Of a DNA stretch of 64,000 nt, positions 37,026 to 47,393 are shown one piece after another. The stretch comes from Anaerolineae bacterium. GTDB lineage: Bacteria > Chloroflexota > Anaerolineae > Anaerolineales > UBA6663. How positions within the stretch are numbered: position 1 is the first letter of the stretch; each line of letters starts with the position of its first letter. The stretch covers positions 6,583 to 70,582 of the forward strand of contig JBBIQY010000002.1 in the NCBI GenBank assembly GCA_037442085.1, read 5' to 3'. Both the position numbers and the translations under genes were made by a program. Below the pieces are notes generated by a model that saw only the letters and a program-made list of their open reading frames with translations, ran no database searches and was not told where the DNA came from.

Positions 37026-39901
37026 CACCGCCGTCCGAATCGCGCCCCCATGCGCAGCGCAATGTGCGCCGGATCGGGCGTCTGTTGCTGGTCATCGCCG
37101 CCCTGATTGCCGGAGTGGCCCTCGTCCTGTATCTGGGCGAGGGCGGGCCAGCCGCAGCGCTCCCCGTGCTAGCTGCAGCCGGCGTCGCGATCATGACGGC
37201 GCTGATCAGTCTGAGTCTCAACGCCGCCAGTCGAACCCGCAGCGCCGCCTGGTTGCTGGCCATCTTCGTGATGCTGGCAGCGCCGGGCGCAGTCGCTCTG
37301 TTTGCCAACATCGGCGTGCCCAGCAGCATCCTGCTCCTGATCGCCGTCGGCGCGATCGCCAGCCTGAGCCTGGCCGGGTCCGAGGCGCGCACCATGATCC
37401 TGGCCGGCGTGGCCGTCAGCGTGACGACCCTGAGCCTGGATCTGCTCCTCGAGTCGAATGCGCTCTGGCCACGCCTGACGCTGCCCGACTGGTTTCAGAA
37501 CGGCGCCCTGCCCGTCTTCACGACCGGCGTAATCGCGTTGTTTGGGGTTTTGCTCTGGCGCCAGTTTCCGCGCTACCGCCTGAGCAGCAAACTGTTGTTG
37601 GGCTTCCTCTTTGTGGCGCTGGCGCCGCTCATCCTCACGAGTTGGCGCACCGACCAGGCCCTGCGCGCCAGCCTGACCCGTACCGTCAACCAATCGCTGG
37701 TGGTCGCTGCCTCGCGCACCGCCGCCGACCTCGACAGTTTCCTCACCGCCAACCGTCTCGCCATCTCCGGGCAGGCGCGCCTGCCGCTGTTGAGCGAGTA
37801 CCTGCGCCTGCCCGCCTCCGAGCGTTCGGCCAGCCCCCTGACGCAGCAAACGCGTGACCTGCTCCTCTCCCTGCTGACCGCGCCCGGCCAAGGCGCCCTG
37901 GCCACGGGCCAGACGCGCAACACCTCAGCCTACTTCCTGTTCGATGCCAGCGGCGACCTGGTGTTGAGCACGACCTCCGGCGCGGCCCTTGAGCCGGCCC
38001 AGGCGGAGGCCATCTTCCGAACGCCGTTGGAGACCGGAGAGGCTTACCTCTCGCCCGTCTACTATCGCGGCTCGACCGGCGCTTTTTACCTGGCTGTGCC
38101 TGTTGCCGAACCGGGGGGTACGCCCCTCGGCGTGCTGGCGGCCGAGGTCAACTCGGCCTGGCTCCAGCGCCTCATCCAACTCAACCGGGAGCCGCTCGGG
38201 CCGGGCAGCGAATCGGTGGCAGCCCTGTTCAACGAGGACGGCCTGCGGCTGGCCGACAGCGCCGCCGCCGGCACCAATGCATTGCGGTTCGCCGCGCTGC
38301 CGGCAGCGCCGGACTTGAACAACTTACTGACCCTGGGACGCGCGCCGGCGCGCACGCCGGCCGAGCTGGACGCGCAATTACCGGCGCTGGCGGCGCGGCT
38401 GGCGGACGCCCGGCAGACCGACCAACCGACTTTCTTCGAAGGCCTCATCCACTATGCCGACGACCCTGCCGAGCCGGAGCCGCGCCACTTTGCCGTATTA
38501 CTACCGCTACGCAATGCGCCGTGGATCGTCCTGACATCGCAACCGGAACCGGTGGCCCTGGCTCCGGTGCGCGCTCAGACCCGTACAACGATCCTGCTGG
38601 CGCTGGTCGCCGCCCTGGCTGTGACAGGCCTGTCGGCGATCGCTTCGCGCAACCTGACCCAGCCCATCGTCAGCCTGACCCGGGCGGCAGAGCAGGTGCG
38701 CAGCGGCGACCTTTCCGCGCGCGCGACGCCCGCCGGCGACGATGAGATCACCCAACTCATCAAGACGTTCAACGCCATGACGAGCCAACTGCAAGACACC
38801 CTGAACCGGTCGGAGCAGTTGGTGGCGGAACGCACGGCGCAGCTCCAGGCCACCGCCGACATCAGCCGCGCCACCGCCGGCATCCGCAACCTGAACGACC
38901 TGCTTGAGCTGGCGCTGGAGATGATCCGGGGCCGGTTCGGGTTTTATCACGCTTCGGTCTTTTTACTGGACGACGCCGGCGAATATGCCGTGCTGCGCGA
39001 ATCCACCGGCGAAGTGGGCGCACAGCTAAAAGCGCAAGGGCACCGGCTGGCGATCGGCTCGCGCTCGCTGGTAGGCTGGGTGACGCAGAACCGGCGGCCG
39101 CGCATCGCCCGCGACGTGGCCGACGACCCGTTCCACTTCAAGAACCCGCTGCTGCCCGAGACACGCTCCGAATGCTGCCTGCCGTTGCTGGTCGGCGACC
39201 GCCTGCTGGGGGCGCTCGACGTGCAGAGCCGCGAGCGCGACGACTTCAACGAGAACGACCTGCAGGCGCTGCAGGTGCTGGCCGACCAGTTGAGCATCGC
39301 CATCGAAAACGCCTCCCTCTTCCAGCGCACGCAGGCCGCGCTCGCGGAAGCCCAATCGCTCTACCAGCAGACCCTCAACACCAGTTGGCGCAACACGGCC
39401 ATCGAGCAGAACCTGCTCCCGCGCACCCTGGTCTACGATCTGGAGCCGGGCGGCGCCGAGAGCGACAACCCGATTCAGGTGCCGCTACGCCTGCGCGGCC
39501 AGCTCATCGGCGTGATCGAACTGCATGGGCGGCCCGAGGAGCGGCCGCTCAATGCGCAGGAGCAGGCCGTGCTCGAAACCATCGCCGCGCAAATCGCCTC
39601 GGCGCTGGAGAGCGCGGCGCTCTTGCAGGAAAGCCAGGCCCGCAGCCGGCGCGACCAGCTCATCACCGCCATCACCGACGAGATGCGCTCGTCCCTGAAC
39701 CCGGCCTTCATCGTGCAAAGCGGCATCCGCCAGCTGGGCCGTGCGCTCGGCGCAACCGAGGTCACCCTGCGGCTGCAACCCAAGCCCATCGCCAAAGACT
39801 CGCCCGACATCACACTGCCCAGCGGCGATGGAGAAGCGGGTAGCGCTCCTTCGCAGCCAGCTCCGCTGGCGCCGCCAGCTTCGCTTGCGCATGGGTCATG
39901 A
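37022..39901 (+). CDS. Polytopic membrane sensor: multi-TM - extracytoplasmic domain - HAMP - 2 GAF, no output domain
   Basis: ATGA overlap with the upstream gene. HAMP motif QPIVSLTRAAEQVRSGDLSARA..DEITQLIKTFNAM. GAF ends FNENDLQALQVLADQLSIAIENASLF and LNAQEQAVLETIAAQIASALESAALL. Confidence 0.8.
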   Translation: MTPPSESRPHAQRNVRRIGRLLLVIAALIAGVALVLYLGEGGPAAALPVLAAAGVAIMTALISLSLNAASRTRSAAWLLAIFVMLAAPGAVALFANIGVPSSILLLIAVGAIASLSLAGSEARTMILAGVAVSVTTLSLDLLLESNALWPRLTLPDWFQNGALPVFTTGVIALFGVLLWRQFPRYRLSSKLLLGFLFVALAPLILTSWRTDQALRASLTRTVNQSLVVAASRTAADLDSFLTANRLAISGQARLPLLSEYLRLPASERSASPLTQQTRDLLLSLLTAPGQGALATGQTRNTSAYFLFDASGDLVLSTTSGAALEPAQAEAIFRTPLETGEAYLSPVYYRGSTGAFYLAVPVAEPGGTPLGVLAAEVNSAWLQRLIQLNREPLGPGSESVAALFNEDGLRLADSAAAGTNALRFAALPAAPDLNNLLTLGRAPARTPAELDAQLPALAARLADARQTDQPTFFEGLIHYADDPAEPEPRHFAVLLPLRNAPWIVLTSQPEPVALAPVRAQTRTTILLALVAALAVTGLSAIASRNLTQPIVSLTRAAEQVRSGDLSARATPAGDDEITQLIKTFNAMTSQLQDTLNRSEQLVAERTAQLQATADISRATAGIRNLNDLLELALEMIRGRFGFYHASVFLLDDAGEYAVLRESTGEVGAQLKAQGHRLAIGSRSLVGWVTQNRRPRIARDVADDPFHFKNPLLPETRSECCLPLLVGDRLLGALDVQSRERDDFNENDLQALQVLADQLSIAIENASLFQRTQAALAEAQSLYQQTLNTSWRNTAIEQNLLPRTLVYDLEPGGAESDNPIQVPLRLRGQLIGVIELHGRPEERPLNAQEQAVLETIAAQIASALESAALLQESQARSRRDQLITAITDEMRSSLNPAFIVQSGIRQLGRALGATEVTLRLQPKPIAKDSPDITLPSGDGEAGSAPSQPAPLAPPASLAHGS

Positions 39902-42900
39902 ACTTGAAGGAACGCGACAGCGGCATCTTCCCGCGTGAGCATTTGACGCCCGAGCTGCGCCTCGCCCTGCGCAACGCCCGCGCCGAGGTGCTCGATCAAT
40001 TGCTGCGCGGCGTGCGCTGGGTAGCGCTGCTGGCGCTGGCCACCTCGGCGCTGAGTGCGGCCTTCACCGGCATGTGGGCGCCGACCCTCATCTATGCCGT
40101 CATCTTCCTGGCCGTTCTAGCGTTATCACTGGCGCGCACCTGGCCGCTGACCAGGCGCGGCGGCCTCTTCCTCGGATTGGTGTACGTGCTGGGGGTGGTC
40201 AGCCTATTCAGCTCCGGCCTGGAAGGCTCCGGCCGGGTGATCCTGCTGGGCTTCGCCGTGTTAACCACAGTCCTGTTCGGCGCGCGGGCCGGGCTGAGCG
40301 CCTTGCTGGCTGTCCTGCTGACGTGGGCGCTCCTGGGCTTCGTGGTCACGACGGGCCTGTGGCAACCCCTGGACCCGGCCAGTTCTCTGGTCTGGCAGGA
40401 TTGGCTGGTTGCCGGGGCGACCCTGGCGCTGTTTATCGTGGCGCTCATCATCCCGCAACGCCAGTTCCTGGAGACACAGGCCTTTGCGCTGGCGACTTCC
40501 GAACAAAAACGCGAGCTGGAAAAAACGCGCGAGGCTCTGCTGCAGCGGACAGCCGAGCTCGAGGCGGCTACACAGGCGCTCAGCCTGACCAATGAGGAAT
40601 TGCTGGCGCAGTCGCGGGTGCTGGAGCGTCGCGCCTCACAGTTGGCCGTCAGCGCCGAGGTGGCGCGCGCCGCCGCCACCCTGCATGATTTACCCACGCT
40701 GCTCGATGGCGCTGTCCGCCTCATCAGCGAGAAGTTCGGGTTTTATCACGCTGGGATTTTCCTGCTGGACGAAGACGGGGAGTGGGCGGTGCTGCGAGCG
40801 GCCAGCAGCGCCGGCGGGCAGCGGATGCTCGCTCGCCGCCACCGCTTGCGCGCAGCGAAGGTCGCCGGTGGGCAGCAGGGCATCGTCGGTTTCGTCGCCG
40901 CCTCCGGTCAGCCGCGCATCGCCCTCAATGTCGGCGAGGACGCCGTGCACTTCCGCAACCCCGATCTGCCGGACACACAGTCCGAGATGGCGCTGCCGCT
41001 GCGCGGCAGCGCCGGTGTGATCGGCGCGCTCGACGTGCAATCCACGCAGCTCAACGCCTTCAGCGACGACGACATCGTCGCCCTGCAATCGCTGGCCGAC
41101 CAATTGGCGGTCGCCATCGAAAACGCGCGGCTGCTGGCCGAACAGGAACGCAACCTGGAGGCGCTGCGGCAGTTGCAAAGACAGGCGCGCGAACAGGGCG
41201 GCGGCATGCCGGTCTCGGCGCTGCCACAAGCGTATCGCTATGACGGCGTGGACACGGCGCCGCTGCCCATCGAGGACGCCGCCACCGAGCCGGGCGCGCT
41301 GGAGATCCCCATTCGCGCCGGCGACCTGACGCTGGGCACCATTGCCATCAAGCGGGAGCAGCAGGTCTGGTCCGACAACGAGCTCCAACTGATCGAAGCC
41401 ATCGCCGAGCGCATGGGGCTGGCGCTGGAAAACGCCCACCTGTACTTCGATGCCCGCACCAATGCCCAGCGCATGGCGGCACTGTCGGAAGCGGCGCTGG
41501 AGCTGACCGGCCCGCAATTCAGCCGCGCCGAGCTGCTGCAGCTCATTGCGCGCCGCGCCCGCGCCCTGCTGCGCGCCGATAGCGCCGACCTGTGGCTGCC
41601 CGTGCCGGATTCCGACGAAATCGAACTGGCCGTGACCCATCCCACCGTCTCCTATTCGCTACTGGGCCGCCGCCTGAAAATCGGCGAAGGGTTGGCAGGC
41701 AGGGCGCTGGCCACCGGCGGGCCGGTGACGTTGGACGATTACCAGACTCAGCCCGGCCAGATGAGCGCCCTGGCCGTGCCCATGATCTGGCAGACGGAGA
41801 CGCTGGGCGTGCTGGCCGTCAACCGGCTGCAGCCGGACTGGCGCTACTCCGCCGAGGATGAGACCGTAGCCCGGCTGTTCGCTGCCGCCGCCGCCTCGGC
41901 CCTCTCCAATGCCCGCCTGCTGGAGGAGACGCGTCGCCGCCTGGTCGAACTGCAAACCATCAACAGTATCAGCGCCATCCTCAGCTCGCAGGCTAACCTG
42001 GAGGTGATGCTGCGCCAGGTGGGCGACAAGATCATGGAGATCTTCGGCGTCCAGACCGGCTACATCGCCCTGTTCGACCCGGCCCGCCGGCAACTGGGGT
42101 TTCCATACAGCCTGGAAAAGGGCCAGCCGGTATCCACGCCGCCCATCCCGCTTGGGCACGGCCCAACGTCGCTCGTCTTTCAGACGCGCCAGCCGTTGCT
42201 GATCAACCAGGATGCCCCGCTCCGCCTGCAGGAATTGGGCGCCTACCTCGGGAGCGAGCCGGCGCTCTCGTACCTGAGCGTGCCCATCATCGTCGGCGAC
42301 GAAGTCACCGGCATCCTCAACGTGCAGAGCACGACTCAGGCCGGGTTGTTCTCCGAGAACGACATCCAGCTGCTGAGCACTATTGCCGCCAATATCGGCG
42401 TCGCCATCGAAAACGTGCGCTTGTTCAAACAAACGCAGAGCGCACTGGCCGAGACGGAGGCCCTCTACCGTGCCAGCGCCGAGCTGAACACGGCCCAGGG
42501 CTTCAATGAGGTGCTCGCCGTGCTACGCCGCCAGACGGTGCTGCGGCGTGCCCATACGCTGCAACTGCACTACTTCGAGCGCCCCTGGACGGCGCGCGAG
42601 GTGCCGGGCCGCAGCGAAATCATCGCGCACTGGAGCATCGTCCAGCCCGAGGCCCTCGACCAACTCTTCCCTGTCGCGGCCTGGATGGCGCGCAATCTGC
42701 GGCCGGATGAGGCGCTGCTCATCGAGAATCTGCAGCACGATCCGCGTCTGGATGAGATCAGCCGCAACACGTACCGGCTACGCTACAGCGCGCAGGCTGC
42801 GCTGTTCACGCCGTTGGTGGTCGGCGGCGAGTGGGTGGGCTACCTGGCCGGCTTCATCGGGGAGGCCACGACGTTCAGCGAGGCGGAACGGCTGCGGCTG

Positions 42901-45687
42901 GTGAACCTGGGCCAGCAGGCAGCGGCGTTGATCGAGAACCTGCGCAGCATCGCCGTCATCGAGCGCCGCGCCGAGCAGTTGGGCGCGCTCAACCGCCTGG
43001 CCGAGGCCGCCGTCTCCAATCTCGACCTGGACGTCATGCTGACCTCCGTCTGCCGCGAAATCGCTCAGGCATTCCAGGCGCACAGCGTCAACATCGCGCT
43101 GCTCAACGCCGAGCGCGATGCGCTGGTTGTGGCCGCGGATTACAGCGTGGCTGCTGATCACAGCATGGCCGCCGAGCAGGCGCAAGAGAACAGCACGGCC
43201 GGGGTCGTCATCCCAATCGCCAGTAATCCTTCCCTCCGGCGCGTGGTCGAAACCCATCGTTCGCTGGTCCTCACCGATGTGCAGACCCGTTCGTTGGGCG
43301 CGTTCAGCGCGCCGAGCGAGACGCGGCACGATCGGATGCACGAGCGCCAAGCCGAAAGCCTGCTGCTCACGCCGCTGGTTGCGCGCGGCGAGGTCATCGG
43401 CGTCATCGGCATTGATAGCGACCAGCCGCGGCGCACCTTCACCGACGCCGAAGTCTCGCTGGCCGAGACCATGGCGGGCCAGATTTCCAACGCGATCGAG
43501 AACAGCCGCCTGTACCAGCAGGCGCAGCGGCGAGCGCAGCAACTCATCACCGCCGCCGAGGTCAGCCGCGCCGCCACCACGCTGCTCGACGAGCGCGAAC
43601 TATTACAGCGCGCGGTCGAGCTGATCCATGAGCGCTTCAATCTGTACTACGTCGGCTTGTTCCTGCTGGACGAACACGGTCACTGGGCCGTGTTGCGCCA
43701 CGCCGTCGGCGGCGCTCCGGAAGGCGCGGCGTTGCTGCTGCGCCAGGGCCACCAACTGGAGGTCGGCGGACAATCCATGGTGGGCTGGGCCATCGCCCAC
43801 CGCGCTGCGCGAATCTCGTCGGACGTGGCCGAAGAGACGGTGCGCTACCCCAACCCGCTGACGCCGGACACGCGCTCGGAGATGGCGCTGCCGCTGATCG
43901 TTGGGCCAAGCGTGCTCGGCGCCATCAGCGTGCAATCCACCCAGCGTAACGCCTTCACCGAGGCCGACGTCGCCGTGCTACAAACGATGGCCGATCAGAT
44001 CGCGGCTTCCCTGCAAAATGCCCGCCTCTTCCGCCGCGTCAAGGCGCAAGAGCGTTCGGCCAGCGCCCTGGCCCGCATCGCACAATCCGTCTCCGGCAAA
44101 CTGGAAGAGCAGGAGGTGTGGGCCACCCTCGCCGCCGAGCTGTTGGACACCTTCCAGGCCGACGGCGTCGTCATCTATGGTTGGAACGCGGCGGACGAGA
44201 CGGTGCTGCCGCGGGTGGTGCTGTGCGAGCCGGAGGCCGCCGACGCGCTGCGCTGGCCGACGCCCGGCCAGCCCACGCCGGTGAGCGCGCATCCGGAACT
44301 GGCGCAGGCCATCACGGCGGAGACACGCCAGGTGCAGCGACTTGCCTCGAGCATGTTCGGCGAGCCGCGTGAGAGCGTCATCGTCCCGCTACACATCATG
44401 GGCCAGCTCGACAGCCTGGTGGCGCTGGTGCATTCCACCGGCTCTGCCGGCGCCGATCACCTGACGACGGACGACTTCAACCTGCTGGAGGCTGCCGTCC
44501 GCAGCGCCGAGGCCGCGGTGCAGATTGCGCGCCTGTACGCCCTGCAACGCGAGACCGCCGAGCGTCTGCAGGAAGTTGACCGGCTCAAGACCCAGTTCCT
44601 GGCCAACATGAGCCACGAGCTGCGCACACCGCTCAACTCCATCATCGGCTTCTCACGCGTCATCCTCAAGGGCATTGACGGCCCGCTCACCGAAATGCAG
44701 CAGCAGGACCTGACCTCGATCTACAACTCCGGCCAGCATCTGCTCGGCCTGATCAACGATATCCTCGACCTGTCGCGCATTGAGGCCGGCAAGATCGAGC
44801 TATCTTTCGACCGGGTATACCTGGGCGACATCTTCGAAGGCGTGCTGGCCACCACGCGCGGCCTGGTGCGCGACAAATCCATCGAACTGCACAAGAACGT
44901 GCCGGCAGATCTGCCGCCGGTGCGGGCCGACGCCACGCGCGTGCGGCAGGTGCTGCTCAACCTGTGCTCCAACGCTGCCAAGTTCACCGAACGTGGCGCG
45001 ATCACCCTCAGCGCCAGTGTCCTCCCCACCGAGTCGGTCGTGCAGATTAGCGTCACGGACACCGGGCAGGGCATCCCGGCCCATGAAATGGACAAGCTGT
45101 TCGAGCGCTTCTCGCAGTTGGATGGATCGCCAACGCGGCGCGCGGGCGGCACCGGCCTGGGCTTGAACATCAGCCGCCATCTGGTCGAACTGCACGGCGG
45201 GCGCATCTGGGCCGAGAGCGCCGGCGTGCCGGGCCGAGGCTCCACCTTCAGCTTCACGCTGCCGATCTGGGTTCCCGAGCCGGAACCTGAGCCGGGCGGC
45301 CCGCCGCTCATCCTCGTCATCGAGGATGACCGCGGCGTCTCCATGCTTTATCGCCGCTACCTGGAGCCGAACGGCTACCAGTTGCTGACCGTCTCGCGAA
45401 GCGAGGAAGCGGTGACGCGCGCCATAGCGGCGCGGCCGGCGGCCATCCTGCTCGATGTGCTTATGCCCAACAAGGACGGCTGGCAGGTGCTGACCGAGTT
45501 GAAGCGCAATCCGGCCACGAGCGCCATCCCTGTCATCGTCTGCACCGTCACCGACGAGCGGGAGCGCGCGCTGCAACTGGGGGCCGATGAACACCTGCTC
45601 AAGCCGATTCTCGAAAGCGACCTGACGCGCGCGCTCAATCGGCTGCCCGGCCTGAGCCGTAACAACGGCGCGACGCAGCACCGCTGA
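39898..45687 (+). CDS. Hybrid sensor histidine kinase: N-terminal TM block, ~8 GAF modules, HisKA, HATPase_c, C-terminal receiver
   Basis: ATGA overlap with the upstream gene. 8 GAF-terminal helices. FLANMSHELRTPL, GTGLGLNISR, and receiver ILVIEDD...ILLDVLMPNKDG. Confidence 0.85.
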   Translation: MNLKERDSGIFPREHLTPELRLALRNARAEVLDQLLRGVRWVALLALATSALSAAFTGMWAPTLIYAVIFLAVLALSLARTWPLTRRGGLFLGLVYVLGVVSLFSSGLEGSGRVILLGFAVLTTVLFGARAGLSALLAVLLTWALLGFVVTTGLWQPLDPASSLVWQDWLVAGATLALFIVALIIPQRQFLETQAFALATSEQKRELEKTREALLQRTAELEAATQALSLTNEELLAQSRVLERRASQLAVSAEVARAAATLHDLPTLLDGAVRLISEKFGFYHAGIFLLDEDGEWAVLRAASSAGGQRMLARRHRLRAAKVAGGQQGIVGFVAASGQPRIALNVGEDAVHFRNPDLPDTQSEMALPLRGSAGVIGALDVQSTQLNAFSDDDIVALQSLADQLAVAIENARLLAEQERNLEALRQLQRQAREQGGGMPVSALPQAYRYDGVDTAPLPIEDAATEPGALEIPIRAGDLTLGTIAIKREQQVWSDNELQLIEAIAERMGLALENAHLYFDARTNAQRMAALSEAALELTGPQFSRAELLQLIARRARALLRADSADLWLPVPDSDEIELAVTHPTVSYSLLGRRLKIGEGLAGRALATGGPVTLDDYQTQPGQMSALAVPMIWQTETLGVLAVNRLQPDWRYSAEDETVARLFAAAAASALSNARLLEETRRRLVELQTINSISAILSSQANLEVMLRQVGDKIMEIFGVQTGYIALFDPARRQLGFPYSLEKGQPVSTPPIPLGHGPTSLVFQTRQPLLINQDAPLRLQELGAYLGSEPALSYLSVPIIVGDEVTGILNVQSTTQAGLFSENDIQLLSTIAANIGVAIENVRLFKQTQSALAETEALYRASAELNTAQGFNEVLAVLRRQTVLRRAHTLQLHYFERPWTAREVPGRSEIIAHWSIVQPEALDQLFPVAAWMARNLRPDEALLIENLQHDPRLDEISRNTYRLRYSAQAALFTPLVVGGEWVGYLAGFIGEATTFSEAERLRLVNLGQQAAALIENLRSIAVIERRAEQLGALNRLAEAAVSNLDLDVMLTSVCREIAQAFQAHSVNIALLNAERDALVVAADYSVAADHSMAAEQAQENSTAGVVIPIASNPSLRRVVETHRSLVLTDVQTRSLGAFSAPSETRHDRMHERQAESLLLTPLVARGEVIGVIGIDSDQPRRTFTDAEVSLAETMAGQISNAIENSRLYQQAQRRAQQLITAAEVSRAATTLLDERELLQRAVELIHERFNLYYVGLFLLDEHGHWAVLRHAVGGAPEGAALLLRQGHQLEVGGQSMVGWAIAHRAARISSDVAEETVRYPNPLTPDTRSEMALPLIVGPSVLGAISVQSTQRNAFTEADVAVLQTMADQIAASLQNARLFRRVKAQERSASALARIAQSVSGKLEEQEVWATLAAELLDTFQADGVVIYGWNAADETVLPRVVLCEPEAADALRWPTPGQPTPVSAHPELAQAITAETRQVQRLASSMFGEPRESVIVPLHIMGQLDSLVALVHSTGSAGADHLTTDDFNLLEAAVRSAEAAVQIARLYALQRETAERLQEVDRLKTQFLANMSHELRTPLNSIIGFSRVILKGIDGPLTEMQQQDLTSIYNSGQHLLGLINDILDLSRIEAGKIELSFDRVYLGDIFEGVLATTRGLVRDKSIELHKNVPADLPPVRADATRVRQVLLNLCSNAAKFTERGAITLSASVLPTESVVQISVTDTGQGIPAHEMDKLFERFSQLDGSPTRRAGGTGLGLNISRHLVELHGGRIWAESAGVPGRGSTFSFTLPIWVPEPEPEPGGPPLILVIEDDRGVSMLYRRYLEPNGYQLLTVSRSEEAVTRAIAARPAAILLDVLMPNKDGWQVLTELKRNPATSAIPVIVCTVTDERERALQLGADEHLLKPILESDLTRALNRLPGLSRNNGATQHR

Positions 45688-45717
45688 GCGCTGCTGTCAT
45701 CAGCGGCCTCCGCCAGC

Positions 45718-47385
45718 ATGCCCACTACGGTCGAGATGGTTTGCATGGATTGTGGCGCACGTGCGCCGTTTGCGCCGATGCCGATGGCATGCGTGCGCTG
45801 CGGCAGCGACTGGTTCGAAGCCCGCTACGACTACGCCGCCGTCGCGGCCAGCTTTGCCGCGCCCACCTCCGGCGCCCACATGCGCCGTAACCCCGGCTTA
45901 TGGCGCTATCACGAGCTGCTGCCGCTGCGTGACCCGGCGCACGCCATCACGCTGGGCGAGGGCAACACGCCCCTCGTGCCGGCCACCAACCTGGGGCTGA
46001 TGCTCGGCTGCTCCAACCTCTTCATCAAGGATGAGCGGCAGAACCCGAGCGGCTCGTTCAAGGATCGGCAGGCCGCGCTGGCCGTCTCGGTGATGAAGGA
46101 AGCCGGCATCCGCGACGCGGTGGTGGCCTCCACCGGCAATGTTGCCATCTCCTACGCCGCCTACGGCGCGCGCGCCGGCATCAAAGTCTATGCCTTCCTC
46201 ACCTCGCTCGTGCCTCCCGAGAAGATGCGCGAGTGTGCGCTCTATGGCGCCCAGGTCATCAAAGTCACCGCCACCTATGATCAGTCGAAGGAGCTGGCGC
46301 AGGCCTTCGCCCGCCAGCGCGGCATGTATTACGACCGGGGCCTGCGCAGCATCGCCTCCGTCGAGAGCATGAAGACGCTGGCGTATGAGGTCGCCGAGCA
46401 GCTTGCATGGCAGGGGCCGGAGCCGGCCACGCCCTGGCGTGCCCCCGACTGGTATCTCCAATCCATCAGCGGCGGGCTGGGGCCGGTCGGCGCGATGAAG
46501 GGCTTCCGCGAATTGCAGGCCATGGGCCTGATTGACCGGATGCCGCGCCTGGCCTGCTTCCAGGTGGAGGGCTGCGCGCCGATGGTGACCGCCTACAAAC
46601 GCGGCAGCGCAACGCCGGATGTGGTCGCCTCGCCGCGCACCCGCATCGGCACGCTGGCGACGGGCAACCCGGGCCGCGCCTACAATTTTCTGCGTGACTA
46701 CCTGCTCCAGCACGGCGGCGTTCTGGAGTCCGTCAGCGACGACGAGACCTTCCGCGCCATGCACGTGATGGCAAAGATCGAGGGCTTCAGCATGGAGCCG
46801 GGCGCAGCGGCGGCCTTTGCCGGTCTGTTCAAGCTGGTGCAGCGCGGCCTCATCCAGCCGGACGAAACGGTGGTGGTGAACTGCACCGGCCACACCTTCC
46901 CGGTGGAGAGCGAAGTGTTGGGCGACGGCTGGGCGCAGGAGTTAGGCGAAGCACCGGCGACCACACCGGAGCCGGAGGGCGTGCTGGCCGCTTTGCAACG
47001 GTTGGACGCGCGCGTACGCTCGATTGCCATCATTGATGATACGCCGGACGCGGTGCGGCTGCTGCGCCGCATCCTACAGGCCCACGGCGATTACGCTATC
47101 CACGAGGCCGATAACGGGCGCGCCGGCCTGGCCCTGATCCGCGAGCGCCGGCCCGACCTCGTCATCCTGGACTTGATGATGCCCGAGGTGGACGGCTTCG
47201 CCGTGTTGGACGCCCTGCGAGCCGACGAGGCCACGCGCGATATCCCCGTCATCGTCGTCACCGCCAAAACCCTGACCCCGGAGGAGCGTGAGCGACTAGA
47301 CGGCCAGGCCAGCTCACTGTTTCAGAAAGGCGAGTTCATGGACGACGCGCTATTCGATGATGTGCGCAAGGCATTGCCGGAGTGA
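45718..47385 (+). CDS. Threonine-synthase-like fold-type II PLP enzyme fused to a C-terminal receiver domain
   Basis: N-terminal Zn ribbon CMDCG...CVRCG, GEGNTPLV, PLP-lysine motif NPSGSFKDRQA. C-terminal IAIIDDT...VILDLMMPEVDG...VVTAKT. Confidence 0.8.
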   Translation: MPTTVEMVCMDCGARAPFAPMPMACVRCGSDWFEARYDYAAVAASFAAPTSGAHMRRNPGLWRYHELLPLRDPAHAITLGEGNTPLVPATNLGLMLGCSNLFIKDERQNPSGSFKDRQAALAVSVMKEAGIRDAVVASTGNVAISYAAYGARAGIKVYAFLTSLVPPEKMRECALYGAQVIKVTATYDQSKELAQAFARQRGMYYDRGLRSIASVESMKTLAYEVAEQLAWQGPEPATPWRAPDWYLQSISGGLGPVGAMKGFRELQAMGLIDRMPRLACFQVEGCAPMVTAYKRGSATPDVVASPRTRIGTLATGNPGRAYNFLRDYLLQHGGVLESVSDDETFRAMHVMAKIEGFSMEPGAAAAFAGLFKLVQRGLIQPDETVVVNCTGHTFPVESEVLGDGWAQELGEAPATTPEPEGVLAALQRLDARVRSIAIIDDTPDAVRLLRRILQAHGDYAIHEADNGRAGLALIRERRPDLVILDLMMPEVDGFAVLDALRADEATRDIPVIVVTAKTLTPEERERLDGQASSLFQKGEFMDDALFDDVRKALPE

Positions 47386-47393
47386 AGTGATCG

